A stretch of 64,000 nucleotides of DNA, from assembly GCA_053919585.1 (NCBI GenBank), contig JBSSHM010000055.1. One strand, 5' to 3'. Position numbers and translations under genes: made by a program. This DNA comes from Euprymna scolopes (taxonomy: Eukaryota). Below the pieces are notes generated by a model, which was not told the DNA's origin, searched no databases, and saw only the letters and a program-made list of their open reading frames with translations. The stretch's first letter is position 1. Every line of letters begins with the position of its first letter. Shown here one piece after another: positions 1 through 13,600 of the stretch.

Positions 1-1689
1 TATTCTGTTGAATAGTGAATAGTCAGATTATGTATTGATATCGTTTTTGTATTATTCTGTTGAATAGTGAATAGTCAGATAATGTATTGATATCGTTTTT
101 TTGATTATTCCTTTGAATAGTGAATAGTCCGATTATGTATTGATATCGTTTTTTTTATTATTCCGTTGAATAGTGAATAGTCAGATTATGTATTGATATC
201 GTTTTTTTATTATTCTGTTGAATAGTGAATAGTCAGATTATGTATTGATATCGTTTATGAATTATTCTGTTGAATAGTGAATAGTCAGATTATGTATTGA
301 TATCGTTTTTGTATTATTCCGTTGAATAGTGAATAGTCAGATTATGTATTGATATCGTTTTTGTATTATTCCGTTGAATAGTGAATAGTCAGATTATGTA
401 TTGATATCGTTTTTGTATTATTCTGTTGAATAGTGAATAGTCAGATTATGTATTGATATCGTTTTTGTATTATTCTGTTGAATAGTGAATAGTCAGATTA
501 TGTATTGATATCGTTTTTGTATTATTCCGTTGAATAGTGAATAGTCAGATTATGTATTGATATCGTTTTTGTATTATTCTGTTGAATAGTGAATAGTCAG
601 ATTATGTATTGATATCGTTTTTGTATTATTCTGTTGAATAGTGAATAGTCAGATTATGTATTGATATCGTTTTTGTATTATTCTGTTGAATAGTGAATAG
701 TCAGATTATGTATTGATATCGTTTTTGTATTATTCCGTTGAATAGTGAATAGTCAGATTATGTATTGATATCGTTTTTTTATTATTCCGTTGAATAGTGA
801 ATAGTCAGATTATGTATTGATATCGTTTTTGTATTATTCTGTTGAATAGTGAATAGTCAGATTATGTATTAATATCGTTTTTGTATTATTCTGTTGAATA
901 GTGAATAGTAAGATTATGTATTGATATCGTTTTTGTATTATTCCGTTGAATTGTGAATAGTCCGATCATGTATTGATATCGTTTTTGTATTATTATGTTG
1001 AATAGTGAATAGTCAGATTATGTATTGATATCGTTTTTGTATTATTCCGTTGATTAGTGAATAGTCAGATTATGTATTGATATCATTGTTGTATTATTCT
1101 GTTGAATAGTGAATAGTCAGATTATGTATTGATATCGTTATTGTATTATTCCGTTGAATAGTGAATAATCAGATTATGTATTGATATCGTTTTTGTATTA
1201 TTCCGTTGAATAGTGAATAGTCCGATTATGTATTGATATCATTGTTGTATTATTCTGTTGAAGAGTGAATAGTCAGATTATGTATTGATATCGTTTTTTT
1301 ATTATTCCGTTGAATAGTGAATAGTCAGAATATGTATTGATATCGTTTTTTTATTTTTCTGTTGAATAGTGAAAAGTCAGATTATGTATTGATATCGTTT
1401 TTGTATTATTCCGTTGAATAGTGAATAGTCAGATTATGTATTGATATCGTTTTTGTATTATTCTGTTGAATAGTGAATAGTCAGATTATGTATTGATATC
1501 GTTTTTGTATTATTCCGTTGAATAGTGAATAGTCTGATTATGTATTGATATCGTTTTTGTATTATTCCTTTGAATAGTGAATAGTCCGATTATGTATTGA
1601 TATCGTTTTTGTATTATTCCGTTGAATAGTGAATAGTCAGATTATGTATTGATATCGTTTTTGTATTATTCTGTTGAATAGTGAATAGT

Positions 1690-4600
1690 CAGATTTTGTA
1701 TTGATATCGTTTTTGTATTATTCCGTTGAATAGTGAATAGTCAGATTATGTATTGATATCATTGTTGTATTATTCTGTTGAATAGTGAATAGCAAGATTA
1801 TTCATTGATATCGTTTTTGTATTATTCTGTTGAATAGTGAATAATCAGATTATGTATTGATATCGTTTTTGTATTATTCTGTTGAATAGTGAATAGTCAG
1901 ATTATGTATTTATATCGTTTTTGTATTATTCTGTTGAATAGTGAATAGTCAGATTATGTATTGATATCGTTTTTATATTATTCTGTTGAATAGTGAATGG
2001 TAAGATTATGTATTGATATCGTTTTTGTATTATTCCGTTGAATAGTGAATCGTCAGATTATGTATTGATATTGTTTGTGTATTATTCCGTTGAATAGTGA
2101 ATAGTAAGATTATTTATTGATATCGTTTTTGTATTTTTCTGTTGAATAGTGAATCGTCAGATTATGTATTGATATCGTTTTAGTATTATTCCGTTGAATA
2201 GTGAATAGTCAGATTATGTATTAATATCGTTTTTGTATTATTCCGTTAAATAGTTAATAGTCAGATTATGTATTGATATCGTTTTTGTATTATTCCGTTG
2301 AATAGTGAATAGTAAGATTATGCGTTGATATCGTTTGTGTATTATGCCGTTGAATAGTGAATAGTCAGATTATGTATTGATATCGTTTTTGTATTATTCC
2401 GTGATTATTGAATAGTCTGATTATGTATTGATATCGTTTTTGTATTATTCCTTTGAATAGTGAATAGTCAGATTATGTATTGATATCGTTTTTGTATTAT
2501 TCTGTTGAATAGTGAATAGTCAGATTATTTATTGATATCGTTTTTGTATTATTCTGTTGAATAGTGAATAGTCAGATTATGTATTGATATCGTTTTTGTA
2601 TTATTCCGTTGAATAGTGAATAGTCAGATTATGTATTGATATCGTTTTTTAATTTTTCTTTGAATAGTGAATAGTCCGATTATGTATTGATATCATTGTT
2701 GTATTATTCTGTTGAATAGTGAATAGTCAGATTATGTATTGATATCGTTTTTTTTATTTTTCCTTTGAATAGTGAATAGTCAGATTATGTATTGATATCG
2801 TTTTTGTATTATTCTGTTGAATAGTGAATAGTCAGATTATGTATTGATATCGTTTTTGTATTATTCCGTTGAATAGTGAATAGTCAGATTATGTATTGAT
2901 ATCGTTTTTGTATTATTCCGTTGAATAGTGAATAGTCAGATTATGTATTGATATCGTTTTTTTTATTTTTCCTTTGAATAGTGAATAGTCCGATTATGTA
3001 TTGATATCATTGTTGTATTATTCTGTATAATAGTGAATAGTCAGATTATGTATTGATATCGTTTTTGTATTATTCCGTTGAATAGTGAATAGTCAGATTA
3101 TGTATTGATATCGTTTGTTTATTATTCCATTGAATAGTGAATAGTCAGATTATGTACTGATATCGTTTTTGTATTATTCTGTTGAATAGTGAATAGTCAG
3201 ATTATGTATTGATATCGTTTTTGTATTATTCCGTTGAATAGTGAATAGTAAGATTATGCGTTGATATCGTTTGTGTATTATTCCGTTGAATAGTGAATAG
3301 TCAGATTATGTATTGATATCGTTTTTGTATTATTCCGTGAATAGTGAATAGTCAGATTATGTATTGATATCGTTTTTGTATTATTCCTTTGAATAGTGAA
3401 TAGTCAGATTATGTATTGATATCGTTTTTGTATTATTCTGTTGAATAGTGAATAGTCAGATTATTTATTGATATCGTTTTTGTATTAGTCTGTTGAATAG
3501 TGAATAGTCAGATTATGTATTGATATCGTTTTTGTATTATTCCGTTGAATAGTGAATAGTCAGATTATGTATTGATATCGTTTTTTTATTTTTCCTTTGA
3601 ATAGTGAATAGTCCGATTATGTATTGATATCATTGTTGTATTATTCTGTTGAATAGTGAATAGTCAGATTATGTATTGATATCGTTTTTTTTATTTTTCC
3701 TTTGAATAGTGAATAGTCAGATTATGTATTGATATCGTTTTTGTATTATTCTGTTGAATAGTGAATAGTCAGATTATGTATTGATATCGTTTTTGTATTA
3801 TTCCGTTGAATAGTGAATAGTCAGATTATGTATTGATATCGGTTTTGTATTATTCCGTTGAATAGTGAATAGTCAGATTATGTATTGATATCGTTTTTTT
3901 AATTTTTCCTTTGAATAGTGAATAGTTTGATTATGTATTGATATCATTGTTGTATTATTCTGTTGAATAGTGAATAGTCAGATTATGTATTGATATCGTT
4001 TTTGTATTATTCCGTTGAATAGTGAATAGTCAGATTATGTATTGATATCGTTTGTTTATTATTCCATTGAATAATGAATAGTCAGATTATGTACTGATAT
4101 CGTTTTTGTATTATTCTGTTGAATAGTGAATAGTCAGATTATGTATTTATATCGTTTTTGTATTATTCTGTTGAATAGTGAATAGTCAGATTATGTATTG
4201 ATATCGTTTTTGTATTATTCCGTTGAATAGTGAATAGTCAGATAATGTATTGATATCGTTTTTTTGATTATTCCTTTGAATAGTGAATAGTCCGATTATG
4301 TATTGATATCGTTTTTTTTATTATTCCGTTGAATAGTGAATAGTCAGATTATGTATTGATATCGTTTTTGTATTATTCTGTTGAATAGTGAATAGTCAGA
4401 TTATGTATTGATATCGTTTATGAATTATTCTGTTGAATAGTGAATAGTCAGATTATGTATTGATATCGTTTTTGTATTATTCCGTTGAATAGTGAATAGT
4501 CAGATTATGTATTGATATCGTTTTTGTATTAATCCGTTCAATAGTGAATAGTCAGATTATGTATTTATATCGTTTTTGTATTATTCTGTTTAATAGTGAA

Positions 4601-7600
4601 TAGTCAGATTATGTATTGATATCGTTTTTGTATTATTCTGTTGAATAGTGAATAGTCAGATTATGTATTGATATCGTTTTTGTATTATTCCGTTGAATAG
4701 TGAATAGTCAGATTATGTATTGATATCGTTTTTGTATTATTCTGTTGAATAGTGAATAGTCAGATTATGTATTGATATCGTTTTTGTATTATTCTGTTGA
4801 ATAGTGAATAGTCAGATTATGTATTGATATCGTTTTTGTATTATTCTGTTGAATAGTGAATAGTCAGATTATGTATTGATATCGTTTTTGTATTATTCTG
4901 TTGAATAGTGAATAGTCAGATTTTGTATTGATATCGTTTTTGTATTATTCCGTTGAATAGTGAATAGTCAGATTATGTATTGATATCATTGTTGTATTAT
5001 TCTGTTGAATAGTGAATAGCAAGATTATTCATTGATATCGTTTTTGTATTATTCTGTTAAATAGTGAATAATCAGATTATGTATTGATATCGTTTTTGTA
5101 TTATTCTGTTGAAAAGTGAATAGTCAGATTATGTATTGATATCGTTTTTGTATTATTCTGTTGAATAGTGAATAGTCAGATTATGTATTGATATCGTTTT
5201 TATATTATTCTGTTGAATAGTGAATGGTAAGAATATGTATTGATTTCGTTTTTGTATTATTCCGTTGAATAGTGAATCGTCAGATTATGTATTGATATCG
5301 TTTGTGTATTATTCCGTTGAATAGTGAATAGTAAGATTATGTATTGATATCGTTTTTGTATTTTTCTGTTGAATAGTGAATCGTCAGATTATGTATTGAT
5401 ATCGTTTAAGTATTATTCCGTTGAATAGTGAATAGTCAGATTATGTATTAATATCGTTTTTGTATTATTCCGTTAAATAGTTAATAGTCAGATTATGTAT
5501 TGATATCGTTTTTGTACTATTCCGTTGAATAGTGAATAGTAAGATTATGCGTTGATATCGTTTGTGTATTATTCCGTTGAATAGTGAATAGTCAGATTAT
5601 GTATTGATATCGTTTTTGTATTATTCCGTGAATAGTGAATAGTCAGATTATGTATTGATATCGTTTTTGTATTATTCCTTTGAATAGTGAATAGTCAGAT
5701 TATGTATTGATATCGTTTTTGTATTATTCTGTTAAATAGTGAATAGTCAGATTATTTATTGATATCGTTTTTGTATTATTCTGTTGAATAGTGAATAGTC
5801 AGATTATGTATTGATATCGTTTTTGTATTATTCCGTTGAATAGTGAATAGTCAGATTATGTATTGATATCGTTTTTTTTATTTTTCCTTTGAATAGTGAA
5901 TAGTCCGATTATGTATTGATATCATTGTTGTATTATTCTGTTGAATAGTGAATAGTCAGATTATGTATTGATATCGTTTTTTTTATTTTTCCTTTGAATA
6001 GTGAATAGTCAGATTATGTATTGATATCGTTTTTGTATTATTCTGTTGAATAGTGAATAGTCAGATTATGTATTGATATCGTTTTTGTATTATTCCGTTG
6101 AATAGTGAATAGTCGGATTATGTATTGATATCGTTGTTGTATTATTCCGTGGAATAGTGAATAGTCAGATTATGTATTGATATCGTTTTTTTTATTTTTC
6201 CTTTGAATAGTGAATAGTCCGATTATGTATTGATATCATTGTTGTATTATTCTGTTGAATAGTGAATAGTCAGATTATGTATTGATATCGTTTTTGTATT
6301 ATTCCGTTGAATAGTGAATAGTCAGATTATGTATTGATATCGTTTGTTTATTATTCCATTGAATAGTGAATAGTCAGATTATGTACTGATATCGTTTTTG
6401 TATTATTCTGTTGAATAGTGAATAGTCAGATTATGTATTGATATCGTTTTTGTATTATTCTGTTGAATAGTGAATAGTCAGATTATGTATTGATATCGTT
6501 TTTGTATTATTCCGTTGAATACTGAATAGTCAGATAATGTATTGATATCGTTTTTTTGATTATTCCTTTGAATAGTGAATAGTCCGATTATGTATTGATA
6601 TCATTGTTGTATTATTCTGTTGAAGAGTGAATAGTCAGATTATGTATTGATATCGTTTTTTTATTATTCCGTTGAATAGTGAATAGTCAGAATATGTATT
6701 GATATCGTTTTTTTATTTTTCTATTGAATAGTGAATAGTCAGATTATGTATTGATATCGTTTTTGTATTATTCCGTTGAATAGTGAATAGTCAGATTATG
6801 TATTGATATCGTTTTTGTATTATTCTGTTGAATAGTGAATAGTCAGATTATGTATTGATATCGTTTTTGTATTATTCCGTTGAATAGTGAATAGTCTGAT
6901 TATGTATTGATATCGTTTTTGTATTATTCATTTGAATAGTGAATAGTCCGATTATGTATTGATATCGTTTTTGTATTATTCCGTTGAATAGTGAATAGTC
7001 AGATTATGTATTGATATCGTTTTTGTATTATTCTGTTGAATAGTGAATAGTCAGATTTTGTATTGATATCGTTTTTGTATTATTCCGTTGAATAGTGAAT
7101 AGTCAGATTATGTATTGATATCATTGTTGTATTATTCTGTTGAATAGTGAATAGCAAGATTATTCATTGATATCGTTTTTGTATTATTCTGTTGAATAGT
7201 GAATAATCAGATTATGTATTGATATCGTTTTTGTATTATTCTGTTGAATAGTGAATAGTCAGATTATGTATTGATATCGTTTTTGTATTATTCTGTTGAA
7301 TAGTGAATAGTCAGATTATGTATTGATATCGTTTTTATATTATTCTGTTGAATAGTGAATGGTAAGATTATGTATTGATATCGTTTTTGTATTATTCCGT
7401 TGAATAGTGAATCGTCAGATTATGTATTGATATCGTTTGTGTATTATTCCGTTGAATAGTGAATAGTAAGATTATGTATTGATATCATTTTTGTATTTTT
7501 CTGTTGAATAGTGAATCGTCAGATTATGTATTGATATCGTTTTAGTATTATTCCGTTGAATAGTGAATAGTCAGATTATGTATTAATATCGTTTTTGTAT

Positions 7601-10600
7601 TATTCCGTTAAATAGTTTATAGTCAGATTATGTATTGATATCGTTTTTGTATTATTCCGTTGAATAGTGAATAGTAAGATTATGCGTTGATATCGTTTGT
7701 GTATTATTCCGTTGAATAGTGAATAGTCAGATTATGTATTGATATCGTTTTTGTATTATTCCGTGAATAGTGAATAATCAGATTATGTATTGATATCGTT
7801 TTTGTATTATTCCTTTGAATAGTGAATAGTCAGATTATGTATTGATATCGTTTTTGTATTATTCTGTTGAATAGTGAATAGTCAGATTATTTATTGATAT
7901 CGTTTTTGTATTATTCTGTTGAATAGTGAATAGTCAGATTATGTATTGATATCGTTTTTGTATTATTCTGTTGAATAGTGAATAGTCAGATTATGTATTG
8001 ATATCGTTTTTGTATTATTCCGTTGAATAGTGAATAGTCAGATTATGTATTGATATCGTTTTTATATTATTCTGTTGAATAGTGAATGGTAAGATTATGT
8101 ATTGATATCGTTTTTGTATTATTCCGTTGAATAGTGAATCGTCAGATTATGTATTGATATCGTTTGTGTATTATTCCGTTGAATAGTGAATAGTAAGATT
8201 ATGTATTGATATCGTTTTTGTATTTTTCTGTTGAATAGTGAATCGTCAGATTATGTATTGATATCGTTTTAGTATTATTCCGTTGAATAGTGAATAGTCA
8301 GATTATGTATTAATATCGTTTTTGTATTATTCCGTTAAATAGTTAATAGTAAGATTATGTATTGATATCGTTTTTGTATTATTCCGTTGAATAGTGAATA
8401 GTAAGATTATGCGTTGATATCGTTTTTGTATTATTCCGTTGAATAGTGAATAGTCAGATTATGTATTGATATCGTTTTTGTATTATTCCGTGAATAGTGA
8501 ATAGTCAGATTATGTATTGATATCGTTTTTGTATTATTCCTTTGAATAGTGAATAGTCAGATTATGTATTGATATCGTTTTTGTATTATTCTGTTGAATA
8601 GTGAATAGTCAGATTATTTATTGATATCGTTTTTGTATTATTCTGTTGAATAGTGAATAGTCAGATTATGTATTGATATCGTTTTTGTATTATTCCGTTG
8701 AATAGTGAATAGTCAGATTATGTATTGATATCGTTTTTTTATTTTTCCTTTGAATAGTGAATAGTCCGATTATGTATTGATATCATTGTTGTATTATTCT
8801 GTTGAATAGTGAATAGTCAGATTATGTATTGATATCGTTTTTTTTATTTTTTCTTTGAATAGTGAATAGTCAGATTATGTATTGATATCGTTTTTGTATT
8901 ATTCTGTTGAATAGTGAATAGTCAGATTATGTATTGATATCGTTTTTGTATTATTCCGTTGAATAGTGAATAGTCAGATTATGTATTGATATCGTTTTTG
9001 TATTATTCCGTTGAATAGTGAATAGTCAGATTATGTATTGATATCGTTTTTTTTATTTTTCCTTTGAATAGTGAATAGTCCGATTATGTATTGATATCAT
9101 TGTTGTATTATTCTGTTGAATAGTGAATAGTCAGATTATGTATTGATATCGTTTTTGTATTATTCCGTTGAATAGTGAATAGTCAGATTATGTATTGATA
9201 TCGTTTGTTTATTATTCCATTGAATAGTGAATAGTCAGATTATGTACTGATATCGTTTTTGTATTATTCTGTTGAATAGTGAATAGTCAGATTATGTATT
9301 GATATCGTTTTTGTATTATTCTGTTGAATAGTGAATAGTCAGATTATGTATTGATATCGTTTTTGTATTATTCCGTTGAATACTGAATAGTCAGATAATG
9401 TATTGATATCGTTTTTTTGATTATTCCTTTGAATAGTGAATAGTCCGATTATGTATTGATATCATTGTTGTATTATTCTGTTGAAGAGTGAATAGTCAGA
9501 TTATGTATTGATATCGTTTTTTTATTATTCCGTTGAATAGTGAATAGTCAGAATATGTATTGATATCGTTTTTTTATTTTTCTATTGAATAGTGAATAGT
9601 CAGATTATGTATTGATATCGTTTTTGTATTATTCCGTTGAATAGTGAATAGTCAGATTATGTATTGATATCGTTTTTGTATTATTCTGTTGAATAGTGAA
9701 TAGTCAGATTATGTATTGATATCGTTTTTGTATTATTCCGTTGAATAGTGAATAGTCTGATTATGTATTGATATCGTTTTTGTATTATTCATTTGAATAG
9801 TGAATAGTCCGATTATGTATTGATATCGTTTTTGTATTATTCCGTTGAATAGTGAATAGTCAGATTATGTATTGATATCGTTTTTGTATTATTCTGTTGA
9901 ATAGTGAATAGTCAGATTTTGTATTGATATCGTTTTTGTATTATTCCGTTGAATAGTGAATAGTCAGATTATGTATTGATATCATTGTTGTATTATTCTG
10001 TATAATAGTGAATAGCAAGATTATTCATTGATATCGTTTTTGTATTATTCTGTTAAATAGTGAATAATCAGATTATTTATTGATATCGTTTTTGTATTAT
10101 TCTGTTGAATAGTGAATAGTCAGATTATGTATTGATATCGTTTTTGTATTATTCTGTTGAATAGTGAATAGTCAGATTATGTATTGATATCGTTTTTATA
10201 TTATTCTGTTGAATAGTGAATGGTAAGATTATGTATTGATATCGTTTTTGTATTATTCCGTTGAATAGTGAATCGTCAGATTATGTATTGATATCGTTTG
10301 TGTATTATTCCGTTGAATAGTGAATAGTAAGATTATGTATTGATATCGTTTTTGTATTTTTCTGTTGAATAGTGAATCGTCAGATTATGTATTGATATCG
10401 TTTTAGTATTATTCCGTTGAATAGTGAATAGTCAGATTATGTATTAATATCGTTTTTGTATTATTCCGTTAAATAGTTAATAGTCAGATTATGTATTGAT
10501 ATCGTTTTTGTATTATTCCGTTGAATAGTGAATAGTAAGATTATGCGTTGATATCGTTTGTGTATTATTCCGTTGAATAGTGAATAGTCAGATTATGTAT

Positions 10601-13600
10601 TGATATCGTTTTTGTATTATTCCGTGAATAGTGAATAGTCAGATTATGTATTGATATCGTTTTTGTATTATTCCTTTGAATAGTGAATAGTCAGATTATG
10701 TATTGATATCGTTTTTGTATTATTCTGTTGAATAGTGAATAGTCAGATTATTTATTGATATCGTTTTTGTATTATTCTGTTGAATAGTGAATAGTCAGAT
10801 TATGTATTGATATCGTTTTTGTATTATTCTGTTGAATAGTGAATAGTCAGATTATGTATTGATATCGTTTTTGTATTATTCCGTTGAATAGTGAATAGTC
10901 AGATTATGTATTGATATCGTTTGTTTATTATTCCATTGAATAGTGAATAGTCAGATTATGTACTGATATCGTTTTTGTATTATTCTGTTGAATAGTGAAT
11001 AGTCAGATTATGTATTGATATCGTTTTTTTATTTTTCCTTTGAATAGTGAATAGTCCGATTATGTATTGATATCATTGTTGTATTATTCTGTTGAATAGT
11101 GAATAGTCAGATTATGTATTGATATCGTTTTTTTTATTTTTTCTTTGAATAGTGAATAGTCAGATTATGTATTGATATCGTTTTTGTATTATTCTGTTGA
11201 ATAGTGAATAGTCAGATTATGTATTGATATCGTTTTTGTATTATTCCGTTGAATAGTGAATAGTCAGATTATGTATTGATATCGTTTTTGTATTATTCCG
11301 TTGAATAGTGAATAGTCAGATTATGTATTGATATCGTTTTTTTTATTTTTCCTTTGAATAGTGAATAGTCCGATTATGTATTGATATCATTGTTGTATTA
11401 TTCTGTTGAATAGTGAATAGTCAGATTATGTATTGATATCGTTTTTGTATTATTCCGTTGAATAGTGAATAGTCAGATTATGTATTGATATCGTTTGTTT
11501 ATTATTCCATTGAATAGTGAATAGTCAGATTATGTACTGATATCGTTTTTGTATTATTCTGTTGAATAGTGAATAGTCAGATTATGTATTGATATCGTTT
11601 TTGTATTATTCTGTTGAATAGTGAATAGTCAGATTATGTATTGATATCGTTTTTGTATTATTCCGTTGAATACTGAATAGTCAGATAATGTATTGATATC
11701 GTTTTTTTGATTATTCCTTTGAATAGTGAATAGTCCGATTATGTATTGATATCATTGTTGTATTATTCTGTTGAAGAGTGAATAGTCAGATTATGTATTG
11801 ATATCGTTTTTTTATTATTCCGTTGAATAGTGAATAGTCAGAATATGTATTGATATCGTTTTTTTATTTTTCTATTGAATAGTGAATAGTCAGATTATGT
11901 ATTGATATCGTTTTTGTATTATTCCGTTGAATAGTGAATAGTCAGATTATGTATTGATATCGTTTTTGTATTATTCTGTTGAATAGTGAATAGTCAGATT
12001 ATGTATTGATATCGTTTTTGTATTATTCCGTTGAATAGTGAATAGTCTGATTATGTATTGATATCGTTTTTGTATTATTCATTTGAATAGTGAATAGTCC
12101 GATTATGTATTGATATCGTTTTTGTATTATTCCGTTGAATAGTGAATAGTCAGATTATGTATTGATATCGTTTTTGTATTATTCTGTTGAATAGTGAATA
12201 GTCAGATTTTGTATTGATATCGTTTTTGTATTATTCCGTTGAATAGTGAATAGTCAGATTATGTATTGATATCATTGTTGTATTATTCTGTTGAATAGTG
12301 AATAGCAAGATTATTCATTGATATCGTTTTTGTATTATTCTGTTGAATAGTGAATAATCAGATTATTTATTGATATCGTTTTTGTATTATTCTGTTGAAT
12401 AGTGAATAGTCAGATTATGTATTGATATCGTTTTTGTATTATTCTGTTGAATAGTGAATAGTCAGATTATGTATTGATATCGTTTTTATATCATTCTGTT
12501 GAATAGTGAATGGTAAGATTATGTATTGATATCGTTTTTGTATTATTCCGTTGAATAGTGAATCGTCAGATTATGTATTGATATCGTTTGTGTATTATTC
12601 CGTTGAATAGTGAATAGTAAGATTATGTATTGATATCGTTTTTGTATTTTTCTGTTGAATAGTGAATCGTCAGATTATGTATTGATATCGTTTTAGTATT
12701 ATTCCGTTGAATAGTGAATAGTCAGATTATGTATTAATATCGTTTTTGTATTATTCCGTTAAATAGTTAATAGTCAGATTATGTATTGATATCGTTTTTG
12801 TATTATTCCGTTGAATAGTGAATAGTAAGATTATGCGTTGATATCGTTTGTGTATTATTCCGTTGAATAGTGAATAGTCAGATTATGTATTGATATCGTT
12901 TTTGTATTATTCCGTGAATAGTGAATAGTCAGATTATGTATTGATATCGTTTTTGTATTATTCCTTTGAATAGTGAATAGTCAGATTATGTATTGATATC
13001 GTTTTTGTATTATTCTGTTGAATAGTGAATAGTCAGATTATTTATTGATATCGTTTTTGTATTATTCTGTTGAATAGTGAATAGTCAGATTATGTATTGA
13101 TATCGTTTTTGTATTATTCTGTTGAATAGTGAATAGTCAGATTATGTATTGATATCGTTTTTGTATTATTCCGTTGAATAGTGAATAGTCAGATTATGTA
13201 TTGATATCGTTTGTTTATTATTCCATTGAATAGTGAATAGTCAGATTATGTACTGATATCGTTTTTGTATTATTCTGTTGAATAGTGAATAGTCAGATTA
13301 TGTATTGATATCGTTTTTGTATTATTCTGTTGAATATTGAATAGTCAGATTATGTATTGATATCGTTTTTGTATTATTCCGTTGAATAGTGAATAGTCAG
13401 ATAATGTATTGATATCGTTTTTTTGATTATTCCTTTGAATAGTGAATAGTCCGATTATGTATTGATATCGTTTTTTTTATTATTCCGTTGAATAGTGAAT
13501 AGTCAGATAATGTATTGATATCGTTTTTTTGATTATTCCTTTGAATAGTGAATAGTCCGATTATGTATTGATATCGTTTTTTTTATTATTCCGTTGAATA

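Noticed and set aside
8-52. Bacterial promoter-like (TTGAAT / TATTAT), intrinsic terminator-like, or homeodomain (TAATCT) motifs in the monomer
   Set aside because: Such matches are expected by chance in 75% AT sequence. There is no downstream gene, and no GC-rich stem precedes the T-tract.
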